DNA from: Acidobacteriota bacterium
Lineage (GTDB): Bacteria; Zixibacteria; MSB-5A5; GN15; FEB-12
Assembly (NCBI GenBank): GCA_035529075.1
Contig: DATKXK010000011.1
Coordinates: forward strand, 64,295-128,294
Reading direction: 5' to 3'
Length of the DNA: 64,000 nt
Each line of letters opens with the position of its first letter. Position 1 is the stretch's first letter. The notes beneath the pieces were generated by a model. That model saw only the letters and a program-made list of their open reading frames with translations. It was not told where the DNA came from and made no database searches. The translations under genes were made by a program, and so were the position numbers. Shown one piece after another: positions 34,906-44,581 of this stretch.

Positions 34906-35601
34906 TTATTCCTGCTCCTCATCTGCGGTCTCTCTTTTCTTCAAATAGAGAATGAGCGTCCACACGGCTTTCTGCTCTTCCTCTGTCATCTGGTCCGGGT
35001 CCAGGATGTCAATCAAAACGTCCTTAGCAGAAGGTTCCGCAAGCGATTGATCATACCTATTTCCGTTGGCCGGTTGTGATGGTCGCATCGGCTTGGTGCC
35101 TTTTCGCGGAGACCTCCGTTTCGTCGTTCTACGCTCACGCGACATTCTCTTGAGATACGGTGACAGCTCGGCACCTGCTTCTTTCGCGAGTGCCACGAAA
35201 AACGACCGGCATTTAGCCACCGTGTCTCCGGTAGCGCCTGCTTCTTGGAACCCATTGTTGAGTTGATCTGGCGTGGTCTGGGCGATGTCAATTCCGCTCT
35301 CACCAAGGAAACTATACGTCCGTTCGAACAGTTCTCTGTACTGCGCCCTCCTACTATCAGCATCCGCTTGCACCAGACTCCTAAGCTCCTCCGACGGCAC
35401 ACCCGCTTCGTCGATGAGTCTCATGAAACGGAGCGCTCCCATCAAGTAGGAGCGCATTCCACCTGACATGGATGGCATAACGCTTGGATCGATGCGTGAC
35501 GGCATTGCTTGCTTTAGGACATTTAAGAAGTTAACGAATGTCCGCCAAGGAACGTACGGCGGTAGGGCCTTCTTCACTCGCTCTCCGTTTGGCATTACCA
35601 T
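34906..35601 (-). CDS. Hypothetical protein (possibly DUF5343-like; family name from memory)
   Basis: AAAGGAG RBS 7 nt before the ATG; 231 aa. N-terminal PPYVPWRTFVNFLNVL...RIDPS, basic central tract, acidic tail. Lower GC than the flanks. Confidence 0.7.
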   Translation of the reverse strand: MVMPNGERVKKALPPYVPWRTFVNFLNVLKQAMPSRIDPSVMPSMSGGMRSYLMGALRFMRLIDEAGVPSEELRSLVQADADSRRAQYRELFERTYSFLGESGIDIAQTTPDQLNNGFQEAGATGDTVAKCRSFFVALAKEAGAELSPYLKRMSRERRTTKRRSPRKGTKPMRPSQPANGNRYDQSLAEPSAKDVLIDILDPDQMTEEEQKAVWTLILYLKKRETADEEQE

Positions 35602-36378
35602 AACGCGGCTCCTTTACCCTGTGGTTTATACTTGTCAGCCAAATTATGCGCTATGGGCTCTGCGGAGTCAAGTAAAAAGTTGTTCGAAAACCTAGGAATC
35701 TTAGCCCTATCTTAGTATGCGCCGTCTATTCCGGACAGAAGAAGCCGTAGGATAGCAATAGATAGATAGGCTGCCGCGAATATTGGCTGTGCTACTAGAT
35801 TCCCGCAGATCCTTGATTAAGCCGTTGCAATCGCGTATCGTATTGCTGCCCAGTAGGTTGCGTGATTCGATAAATCGATCGTCAGTTGCGGCTAATCGGG
35901 ATTCGCAAATGTTACTGATTCCAAGCGAATGTAAGCTATGATGTTACGCAAGTAGAGGCAGCAGACGGATTAGAGCAGACCGGCGGAAAAGCCGGCCTTG
36001 GAGTTCACTTTTTGCGGTTTTCTGGTCGTTGCTAGTGCTGCTGTCTTTGCCGCAGCAGGGCAGCGCCTGTCGGTAGGGCTTTTGGCCTTGGGCTTGTGTG
36101 GCTTTGATACTCCGGGGGGCAGGATTAGGGGTCGCAGAGTACTCGGGAGCGGTGTGGCTTGACGTGGCCAATAAGAAAGGTGCGGAGTTGAACTGGGTTC
36201 GGCGGGTTATTTCGGAGGTAACGGTGTCAGGGGAAACCTGCAAGTCAGGCAATGTGCTAGTCGGCTTAGGGAACTGCTCACCGTGAGCAGCTACGTTGGT
36301 GCGCGAACGGTTGCAGGCTACCGGCATTTTGCGTACCTTCTTCGTAAAGACAGGAATCAGCCAAAGGGCGAGCGCACT

Positions 36379-37335
36379 ATGGAATACCGTCGAGTAGGAA
36401 AGTCGGGCCTCAGGATTTCGGAGATCTCACTCGGTGCCTGGTTAACGTACGGCTCCTCGGTCGACGGCAACGCCGCCGGGGAGATTGTCAGGGCCGCAGT
36501 GGAGGAAGGCGTCAATTTCATCGATATCGCGGATATCTATGCCAAGGGCGAGGCGGAGAAAGTGGTCGGTGCCGCCATCAGGGATTTCAAGCGTTCGGAT
36601 CTCGTGATTTCCAGCAAAGTGTTCTGGCCCATGTCCGACAACGTCAACGACCGGGGGCTCAGCCGCAAGCATATCACTGAATCGGTCGAAAAATCTCTGC
36701 GCCGCATCGGCACCGATTACCTCGATATCTACTTCTGCCACCGTTTCGATCCGGAGACACCGGTCGAAGAGACGGTGCGGGCTATGAGCGACCTGGTGCA
36801 GCAGGGTAAAGTCCTCTACTGGGGGACGTCCGTCTGGGAAGCGGAGCAGATCGAGCGCGCCGTGGCGGACGCCCGCGAGTGGAAAGGCTATCTTCCGGCC
36901 GTGGAGCAACCGCGCTACAATATGCTCGACCGGCACATCGAAGAGAAGATAATGCCGACCTGCGCGCGGCACGGCATGGGACTGACCGTCTGGTCACCCC
37001 TGGCCCAGGGGCTTTTGACCGGCAAGTACAATGACGGCGTTCCGAAAGGTACGCGCGGCGGCGAGACGATGTGGCTGGCCGGAGATATGGGCCCGCAGAA
37101 TATCACCCGGGTCAGAAAGCTCGGCGAGTTGGCCGACTCCCTGGGCATGGCGACGGGGCAACTGGCCCTGGCATGGATTCTCCGGCGCCCGGAGATAAGC
37201 TGTGCCATCACCGGGGCCACCAGGGTGTCGCAACTCAAGGAAAACCTCGCCGCCTCCGGCATGACTCTGGACGCGGAGACGCAAACGGCCATTGACGGGA
37301 TCCTCGGGAGCGACGAGAGCAGGCAGCGGCCGTAG
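36379..37335 (+). CDS. Aldo/keto reductase (Kv-beta/YghZ-like)
   Basis: MEYRRVGKSGLRISEISLGAW, IDIADIYA, YLDIYFCHR. Confidence 0.9.
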   Translation: MEYRRVGKSGLRISEISLGAWLTYGSSVDGNAAGEIVRAAVEEGVNFIDIADIYAKGEAEKVVGAAIRDFKRSDLVISSKVFWPMSDNVNDRGLSRKHITESVEKSLRRIGTDYLDIYFCHRFDPETPVEETVRAMSDLVQQGKVLYWGTSVWEAEQIERAVADAREWKGYLPAVEQPRYNMLDRHIEEKIMPTCARHGMGLTVWSPLAQGLLTGKYNDGVPKGTRGGETMWLAGDMGPQNITRVRKLGELADSLGMATGQLALAWILRRPEISCAITGATRVSQLKENLAASGMTLDAETQTAIDGILGSDESRQRP

Positions 37336-37453
37336 AATGTGATTCCGTGTGACCCTGTTCGTCCTTACTTTTGCCTTGACATATTGAAAGGGTCGTGCCA
37401 CGGTGCCGCCGGCACGGCGCGGTCCGAACCAACTGCATACCCGGGAGGAAACC

Positions 37454-37957
37454 ATGTTTACAGCAGTTGCCGATTTCGAAAAGACCTGGGCCCAGGAGTC
37501 TCAGGGCACACAGAAGGTTCTGAACGCCCTGACCGACGGGTCCCTGTCGCAGAAGGTTGCCGACGAGCACCGCACGCTCGGGCGCGTCGCCTGGCACATT
37601 GTTACCAGCATTGCAGAGATGATGCCCCATACCGGCCTGAAAATGGAATCGGTTAAGGCCGATGCACCGGTACCGAAAAGCGCCGGGGAGATCCGGTCGG
37701 CGTATGAAGCCGTGTCGGACGAACTGGCCCGGCAGGTGAAGGCCAACTGGCACGACGACACCCTGCAGGTCGAGGATGAATTTTACGGTGAGACCTGGAA
37801 GCGGGGGCTGACCCTTGATATCCTGGTGCGGCACGAAGTGCACCATCGTGGCCAGATGACCGTGCTTATGCGGCAAGCCGGCCTGAAGGTCCCCGGCGTG
37901 TACGGCCCGGCCAAAGAAGAGTGGACCAGCTACGGCGCGCCGGAGCCCGAGGTATAA
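37454..37957 (+). CDS. DinB-family (four-helix bundle) protein
   Basis: GGAGGA RBS; HEVHHRGQMTVLMRQAG metal-binding-type motif. Confidence 0.85.
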   Translation: MFTAVADFEKTWAQESQGTQKVLNALTDGSLSQKVADEHRTLGRVAWHIVTSIAEMMPHTGLKMESVKADAPVPKSAGEIRSAYEAVSDELARQVKANWHDDTLQVEDEFYGETWKRGLTLDILVRHEVHHRGQMTVLMRQAGLKVPGVYGPAKEEWTSYGAPEPEV

Positions 37958-38058
37958 CATCACTCTTGGTGGTTAAAAAGGCTCCCGGGAGTGCCCGGCC
38001 CGTAAGTCTGTGGCAGCAATTAGTGGTTCAGATGAAATGATTCGCGGTTGCGCTCCGG

Positions 38059-39117
38059 CTACAGCCAGCGCTTGAAGAATTTCAATATACCCTGGTCCCA
38101 GCCGACGCGGTGAGTTACGCCGGTCTTGAGGTGCTTCAATTCGTCCTTGTGCTCCAGGTACCAGCGGTGCGAGGCAATAAGGGCGTCCTGGTTGGAGTTC
38201 CTGGCTTTCCAGCCGAGCTTGTCCTCGATTCTCTTGGTTGAGACGTAGGAGTCCTTGTCGGCCGTTCCGTAGACCCACTTATACAGGGGAGAGATCTTCA
38301 TGAACTCGAAGACGGCCAGCGCGCCTTTGACCAGGAGTGCCGGGGTCGGCATTACGCGCGCGCCGCTTTTTGCGAAATCACAGAGCGCACCCACGTCGAT
38401 CTTGACCTTCTCGAAGTGTTGTGCCCCGATGTTGAAGATGTCGTTGGCCATGTCCGCCGGCGCCGAGCCGGCCAGCCAGATAGCTTCGATCAGGTCGGTA
38501 ACCTCCAGAAGCTGGTACAGGTTCTCTCCCTTGCCGATAATGGGAATCCTCTTGCCGGAATCGACCCAGTCGTAGAGAATCTGAAACACGCCCAGCCGGG
38601 CCGTGCCGATAAACGTTTTGGGACGTATCACCGGGACGCACATGCCCTGTTCGCGAAACTCGGCGCACACGGCCTCGGCGGCTATCTTGCTCTCGCCGTA
38701 TGCTCCCACCCCGTCAAGGGGGTCGTCTTCAACAAGGGGGTGTTTGTCCGGGACGCCGTAGACGGCCGTTGAACTGATAAAGATCGTCCGCTCGACGTTA
38801 CACTTGCGGGCCTGCTCAAGGGTCGTGCGCGTGCCCGAGATGTTGGTGGACATGATCTCATCTCGCCGCCAGAGGGGCAGAGCCGCGGCACAGTGGATGA
38901 TGATATCGATCCGGTTGTCGTGGATCAGCCGGTACATGGCCTCGGTGTCGCGGACGTCGACGTTCACCAGGAGGCAGTCCTCGGGGTACTCCGCCCTGAT
39001 GAACGGGGCGATGTCGTTGAACGCCATGAAGGCAACGCCCCGCCTGGGAAGGTTCTGCGCCAGGTGATAGCCAAGAAAACCGGCGCCGCCGGTGACAAGA
39101 ACGCGTTTGTCTTTCAT
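38059..39117 (-). CDS. NAD-dependent epimerase/dehydratase family protein
   Basis: VLVTGGAGFLGYHL, YGESKIAAE; ATG at 39117 (MKDKRVLV). Confidence 0.85.
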   Translation of the reverse strand: MKDKRVLVTGGAGFLGYHLAQNLPRRGVAFMAFNDIAPFIRAEYPEDCLLVNVDVRDTEAMYRLIHDNRIDIIIHCAAALPLWRRDEIMSTNISGTRTTLEQARKCNVERTIFISSTAVYGVPDKHPLVEDDPLDGVGAYGESKIAAEAVCAEFREQGMCVPVIRPKTFIGTARLGVFQILYDWVDSGKRIPIIGKGENLYQLLEVTDLIEAIWLAGSAPADMANDIFNIGAQHFEKVKIDVGALCDFAKSGARVMPTPALLVKGALAVFEFMKISPLYKWVYGTADKDSYVSTKRIEDKLGWKARNSNQDALIASHRWYLEHKDELKHLKTGVTHRVGWDQGILKFFKRWL

Positions 39118-39297
39118 AACCCTTGTTGTTACCGTATCGCCACTTGCTACAAGAAACAAAGGCCGCCGGGGAATGCCGCCCGGGGCCCGCAGCATACAGA
39201 CGCCCGGACAGTATAACAGGTTTTCATGAAAAGGCAAGGGGCACGGCAAGGCTCGGCCGGATGGCTGCCCCGGGTTCCCGGGCGCGTATCATCCGAG

Positions 39298-39879
39298 TCA
39301 GACTATCTCGCAGGCAGTCTTGCAAACCGCCGTCATTTTCTTCCTGAACTTCGCCCTGAGATCATCGTTGGACGGCTCCAGCAGGTCGGCGGCATACTTT
39401 TCGAATTCGCGCACCAGTGTTTCGTGAAAGGCCTTTCGGTTCACGACCAGACCGTTTTCGTCGTCGGTGTATTCTACCAGCGGGATGTCGTCGTCCAAAA
39501 GGATCCTGGAGCTGCCCCGGACTTCCGCCTGGTGCAGAATACCGCAGCGGATCTGGCGATAGAAAAGCTCGGCCATGCGGTCAGTAAAATGATCGCCGAA
39601 GCCCGTCTCGGTCAGGTATCTGACGAAGTAGAGTTTTGACTTCCCTGAGGGAGTTTTGTTGACCCCTTCCCGAAACTGCTGAAGCATCTCTATCAGGAGG
39701 CAGTCCAGGGCAAGAACGGCGAACCCCGCGTACGCGCAAGGTTCGATGCGTGATATCGGGTCGAGAAAACGCTGCCGGATACGGTCGTGCAGCATTTCAA
39801 CCGCCTGCCGCCAGTCGTCCTCCGCCTGGAAAGTCAGGCGCTGCCAATCCTCGGACGTGAATCGTGGTGATACGTGCAT
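39298..39879 (-). CDS. Hypothetical protein with an Rx4H (HEPN-like) motif
   Basis: 193 aa; FYRQIRCGILHQAEV. No other recognisable domain. Confidence 0.6.
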   Translation of the reverse strand: MHVSPRFTSEDWQRLTFQAEDDWRQAVEMLHDRIRQRFLDPISRIEPCAYAGFAVLALDCLLIEMLQQFREGVNKTPSGKSKLYFVRYLTETGFGDHFTDRMAELFYRQIRCGILHQAEVRGSSRILLDDDIPLVEYTDDENGLVVNRKAFHETLVREFEKYAADLLEPSNDDLRAKFRKKMTAVCKTACEIV

Positions 39880-40097
39880 CCAATCATCCCTCCGTCCCGG
39901 CCGGACCGTCCGTGCCTGCCGCCAGGGTGGCGACCGGGCCGAACGCCGGCGTCGGAAACACCGATATCTCCCCGGGCCGTTGTCATCTGAGTCGCCAGGA
40001 AATTAAGGCGCCGGCGGCGATCATGTAAAGGGCAAACAGAGCCCGGTCCGGCCGCTTCTCAGGCCTGCGGTCTTTCGGGCCGTCTGATGGCGGGGGT

Positions 40098-41186
40098 TTA
40101 CAGGTCGGTCGGAGCCGTCGTGCCGGTTTCCGGGTGAAGCGAGAATTCAAACGTCTTTAGCAGGGTCATGAAGATGGCGCCGATCATCGGCCCCAGGACC
40201 ACCCCCAGCAGGCCGAACAAGTAAATGCCTCCCATGATGCAGAAGAAGAGCAGCAGCGGGTGCATGGCCGCCTTCCCGGAGATCAGGTACGGGCGGATGA
40301 CGTTGTCAATCTGACTGATTACGAATACCCCGGCCAGGATGACAATGAACCCTTTGATGTAGAAGCCGCTGATAACCAGTATGATGCCGGCCGGTACGTA
40401 GATGAGAAAGGCGCCCAGAAACGGAATGACGGAGAGAAACGCCATGATTGCCCCCCAGAAAACCGGCGACGAGATGCCGACGGCGAAAAAGAGGATACCA
40501 CCCAGCGTGCCCTGGATCAGCGCTACCACTATACTGCCGTACATCGTGGCCAGAATGACGTCGCGCAAATGGGTAAAGGTGACGTTCACCTGCTCGGCCG
40601 GCAGCGGAATCAGGCGCTTGACCTTGGCGACAATCCGTGATCCTTCCTTGAAAAAATAGTACATGGTAAAGATCATGAGGAAGAAGAAGAACACCGCCTT
40701 GGTTCCGTTGGTGATAAGCCAGGTTGTCTGGTCCACCACCACTCCCGTGACTCTGTTCATAGCGTCCCGGACCATCTCATCGAGGTTGATCTTCGATATA
40801 TCATAGTATTCGGCGAGCTTCGCTTTCATGGTGGTCAGCAGGGGAACGTCTATTTGAAGCATATCCTCCAGCTTGCCGTTCTTGTACATCTCATTGACAC
40901 TGGAAACGGCTTCGACCGCTTCCTCGACCAAGGCCACGAACAGGTAGGTGACAGGGCCGATGATCAGCAGCACGATCAGGAAGCAGACGATGAGCGCCGA
41001 TCCCCCCTTGGTCCTGAGCCGACCGAGGATTTTCTCGTAGAGCGGGGAAAAGAGAATGGCAAAGACGGCGGCCCAGCAGATCGGCACGAAAAACGGAATG
41101 ATGATCTCATAGAAGAGATAAATGAAAAACGCCGATATGACGAAAAACAGTACTGTTAATACGTGTTCTCTTTTCATCGCCGCCAT
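40098..41186 (-). CDS. AI-2E family transporter (PerM/YhhT-like)
   Basis: 8-TM profile, 362 aa, typical central loop and C-terminal GxxGxxxGP segments. Confidence 0.9.
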   Translation of the reverse strand: MAAMKREHVLTVLFFVISAFFIYLFYEIIIPFFVPICWAAVFAILFSPLYEKILGRLRTKGGSALIVCFLIVLLIIGPVTYLFVALVEEAVEAVSSVNEMYKNGKLEDMLQIDVPLLTTMKAKLAEYYDISKINLDEMVRDAMNRVTGVVVDQTTWLITNGTKAVFFFFLMIFTMYYFFKEGSRIVAKVKRLIPLPAEQVNVTFTHLRDVILATMYGSIVVALIQGTLGGILFFAVGISSPVFWGAIMAFLSVIPFLGAFLIYVPAGIILVISGFYIKGFIVILAGVFVISQIDNVIRPYLISGKAAMHPLLLFFCIMGGIYLFGLLGVVLGPMIGAIFMTLLKTFEFSLHPETGTTAPTDL

Positions 41187-41795
41187 TCTCGTGTAATTAT
41201 CAATCCAATCTACCGTCTCTGGAATGCCGCCGCAAGAGATATCCCCCGCCGTATGCTCGGGCGTCAGCGGCCGGCTTGAGCACCCCCGGCGCGGGTGCCT
41301 GCGGCTGCTGAGATTTGTCGACTGACCGGCGACAGTCTGTACCGCGCCGAAAACAAAACAACAGTTGCCGGCCGAGTTGCCGCCCGTGCCTGCAGGATGG
41401 TGCGGTGCAGCGGCTGAGAATCAGGCAGGATGTCGCCGACGGCGTGCACGGACCAAGCCCCCGGCTCTCCGTTCGCGCGCTGCGAATCCGTGGCGCATGG
41501 TATTGTCGATTAGCGGGTTACGATACGAGGGGTGGGGTTTTCCCCATAGTCGTTCGTGCGGGTTGATCAACGTGGCGTGCATGGGGTGTTCTGATGACGC
41601 TCATGCACGCGTCATGGATGAACGGTCCGACGAACGATCGGCCACGTGATTTATCAGACTAAAAATCTCAAGCACCTGGTATCAAGTATTTTATGATTTC
41701 GTCGATCTGTAACACATGAATACTGTTTCCGGTGGGCAGGGGCGTAGCCATCGTCTCTTCTCACAGTACCTAACAACTCAAACAAGGAGTTGAGA

Positions 41796-42194
41796 ATGGC
41801 TTACAGACGTACCAAAACAAGGACTCGTCGCTCAATGCCCCGGCGTAAGGTGACCCGCCGTGTCACGACACGTCGCGCTCAGAATGGCGGCAATCCGTGG
41901 TCCCGTGAAGAGATTGCGTTCATGCGCAGCTACTATCGGAATCACGACACAGCGTGGTGTGCTCGCCAGCTCGGCCGTACGGTGTATTCAGTCCGCTACA
42001 AGGCATCGGATCTGAACATCAAGAAGGCCAATCCGTCAGTCTGGAAAGCGAATAAGCCGAGCGCGTTTGGGAAAGTCACTCGGCGCAACTCCACCACGCA
42101 GAAGAAGCGTTGGGCTACCCCGAAGCGTCGTACCAACCGTCAGGCGATTTCTCGCAGAAGCACTCGTCGTGTGACGAGGCGACGCAGCCGGTAA
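41796..42194 (+). CDS. Arg-rich small basic protein with a central Myb/SANT-like (GcrA-N-like) helix-turn-helix
   Basis: AAGGAG RBS then ATG. Core PWSREEIAFMRSYYRNHDTAWCARQLGRTVYSVRYKASDL is flanked by R/K/T tails. Two terminators follow. Confidence 0.6.
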   Translation: MAYRRTKTRTRRSMPRRKVTRRVTTRRAQNGGNPWSREEIAFMRSYYRNHDTAWCARQLGRTVYSVRYKASDLNIKKANPSVWKANKPSAFGKVTRRNSTTQKKRWATPKRRTNRQAISRRSTRRVTRRRSR

Positions 42195-42234
42195 TAGGAC
42201 ATCCAGGCCCTTCGCAACGAGGGCTTTATACTTA

Positions 42235-42268
42235 GGACCCGTTTTCATCCTGAAGGCGGGTCCTTTTT
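42235..42268 (+). terminator. Rho-independent terminator (second of two hairpins)
   Basis: GGACCCG...CGGGTCC stem then TTTTT; preceded by GCCCT-tcgcaacg-AGGGC at 42207-42224. Confidence 0.7.
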
Positions 42269-42319
42269 CTGCCCTGCCTGCCGATCCCCGCGTATATTGT
42301 CGGGCGAAAGGAGGACCGA

Positions 42320-42664
42320 ATGGCAGTCATAAAGCAGAGCGACATCGAATTCGGCACGGTCCCCGGCGACGACGTCTCGGGGGTAGTCAAGGCCAACGTA
42401 ATCGGACCGACTCAGGGCTGGCAAAGCCACGTCATGCGCGTCTTCAGGATTGAACCGGGCGGTTATACCCCGCGCCACCGGCACGCCTGGGAGCACGTCA
42501 ACTATATCATTTCCGGCAGGGGAAGGCTGCGCCTGGCCGATACCGTTCACGAAGTCCGGACCGCGGATTTCGCCTTCGTGCCGCCGGATACGGAACATCA
42601 GTTTGAGAACCCGTCCGATGAGCCGTTCGAGTTCATATGCATAGTGCCGCAGGAGGTAGCGTAA
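42320..42664 (+). CDS. Cupin domain protein
   Basis: HRHAWEHVNYIISG and FVPPDTEHQFEN cupin motifs. Confidence 0.85.
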   Translation: MAVIKQSDIEFGTVPGDDVSGVVKANVIGPTQGWQSHVMRVFRIEPGGYTPRHRHAWEHVNYIISGRGRLRLADTVHEVRTADFAFVPPDTEHQFENPSDEPFEFICIVPQEVA

Positions 42665-42724
42665 CCGCTTGTGAGCGCAGCGGCGGCTGCTGTTGAAGCA
42701 CTCGGGCGGTCAACAGCCGGCAGG

Positions 42725-43921
42725 TCATTCTTCGGGCGCGGCGGAATCGACCCCGCTGGTGGAATCACCCGAAGGTTCGTTGTACCACAGGGAGTCCTCG
42801 AAGTATTGCCAGTAGTCCGGCTCGTCGAGCGACGGCAGTTCGACCGGCTGGATAACCAGGGACTCGATCTGATTCTCCCGGGAGACCTGAAGGGTGGCGC
42901 CGCCTTCCTCCAGCGCCGCCATGACTTTCTCGATCAGGTCCTTGTGCGTGCGCGGCCGGGCACCGTTGACTCGCCGAATGACGTCTCCCGCCCGCAGCCC
43001 GCAGGCGTACGCCAGCCTGAATACGTCTATCTGGTCGACCACCAGGTAATTCGACTCACCGGCTTTCACGGAAAATCCCAATTGGCCCTTGAGCGGCAGG
43101 TCCTCAATGTACACCTGTGGCCGATGTTGCCCGGCAGGTCTGGTTATTCGCGGCGGACGCGTCGCCGTCACCAGCTTGGACATTGTCGGTTCTTCGGCGA
43201 TCCAGACGGCCAACGGACGCTCGGGAGTCAGAATCCACTCTCCGAGGAGATAGTCCTGCAGGATCTGCCGTCCGACCGTGCGTTGCTGCCAGAACGCTGA
43301 CTGGAACGCCTCGTACGTTGAATCCAGCCCCATGACCTGTTGCGCCGTTACCAGGGCCAGCAGCATCGCGAGGTTGTCCCGCCGATACGGACCGGGTTGC
43401 ATGAGCGCGTGCGAGGCAATTGACGCGTGCAGCGAATCTGCCAGCCAGTCTGTCTGGGCCAGATTCCGATGGGCCAACTGGTAGATCAGGTTCAGTTTCA
43501 GTTTGGCCCCGGTAGGGGCTGCCTCCATAAGAACACCGCGACGAATACCGCCCACCGGAAGTATCAGCGGCTGGGATGCCCCCATAGTGGGGTAATAACG
43601 GACCAGGAATATGTCGAAATCGGCCTCGAGCCACGGTATGCCTGAATAGCGGGCCAGGGTTTCAAGGATGAGATTCCCGGATTCCTCAAGGAAAGCGGCC
43701 AGCCCGCTGTCGTTGGCCTGCACCCAACGCAGGTCCCGGGCCGGCGAGCTCGTCTTGTACAGATCGGGAAAAAGACCGGCCTGCAACGAGACCGACCGGT
43801 CATTCATGCTCACGAACGGGATCGTGACATCGCCTGCCGGTTCGACCAGGTAGCCCGACTGCGAGTAGACACTCGCGCCTATCGTAAGGCACCCGAACAG
43901 CAGCCATCCGACTTTGTTCAT
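42725..43921 (-). CDS. Exported PDZ-domain protein
   Basis: Signal MNKVGWLLFGCLTIGASVYS; C-terminal PDZ GLRAGDVIRRVNG. Confidence 0.7.
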   Translation of the reverse strand: MNKVGWLLFGCLTIGASVYSQSGYLVEPAGDVTIPFVSMNDRSVSLQAGLFPDLYKTSSPARDLRWVQANDSGLAAFLEESGNLILETLARYSGIPWLEADFDIFLVRYYPTMGASQPLILPVGGIRRGVLMEAAPTGAKLKLNLIYQLAHRNLAQTDWLADSLHASIASHALMQPGPYRRDNLAMLLALVTAQQVMGLDSTYEAFQSAFWQQRTVGRQILQDYLLGEWILTPERPLAVWIAEEPTMSKLVTATRPPRITRPAGQHRPQVYIEDLPLKGQLGFSVKAGESNYLVVDQIDVFRLAYACGLRAGDVIRRVNGARPRTHKDLIEKVMAALEEGGATLQVSRENQIESLVIQPVELPSLDEPDYWQYFEDSLWYNEPSGDSTSGVDSAAPEE

Positions 43922-44130
43922 ACGGGCGAAAGTATACCGTTTTGGCACTCCCTGGCAAGGCAAAAAACCATCCGGCGGGTCATCCGGCCCGGCACATTAC
44001 GGGCGGTTCCGTGACGATGTTGTCCTTGCTTTTGAGCCTTCGGTGTGGTACCCAGAGAAAGTTCCGTCAACGCCCCGGCCGGGCTGCCGCCGTACCGTGC
44101 TGGACCCCCGGGATTATCGGGAGCCGAACA

Positions 44131-44508
44131 TTGCATTATGTCTCACGATCTGCCTGGTTCGTATATGCCGGGCTGGCCGTCGTACTTGCGTTGCTGGCGG
44201 GCTGCGACTCGTCCGGCAAGGCAGACCGCACAGCCACGGATCGCCCCTCCGACAGCGACAGTCTCGTGATCGAGTTGGCCGGCGCCGATTCGGTCTCTGT
44301 CTTCGACCTGCTTGAGGCCGGCCACGAGGTGGGTTTCACCCGCACGGCCCTGGGGGTTTTTGTCACGAGAATTGACTCTGTCCGGAACGGGTCCGGGTGT
44401 TTCTGGATTTATTCTCTTAACGACACCATGCCTTCGACGGCGGCCGACCGGTGTATCACGGTTTCGGGCGATCGGGTGCGCTGGCACTTTCGGCGGACGG
44501 CGAATTAG
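44131..44508 (+). CDS. Small lipoprotein, DUF4430-like (TTG start inferred)
   Basis: GGGAG RBS, TTG at 44131, lipobox LLAGC, then the FWIYSLN...WHF region. Confidence 0.55.
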   Translation: MHYVSRSAWFVYAGLAVVLALLAGCDSSGKADRTATDRPSDSDSLVIELAGADSVSVFDLLEAGHEVGFTRTALGVFVTRIDSVRNGSGCFWIYSLNDTMPSTAADRCITVSGDRVRWHFRRTAN

Positions 44509-44581
44509 CCCGGGCCGCGCCGGAATCGGTGGGCCGCCGCGCCGGTTGCTCCGGGCAGACCAATGGTTTATATTCAGACTC

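Noticed and set aside
33892-36378. Calling the AT-rich islet a prophage or integrative element
   Set aside because: I found no integrase, recombinase, transposase or phage structural genes, and no direct repeat of the tRNA 3' ends at the borders. It is reported only as a compositional anomaly.
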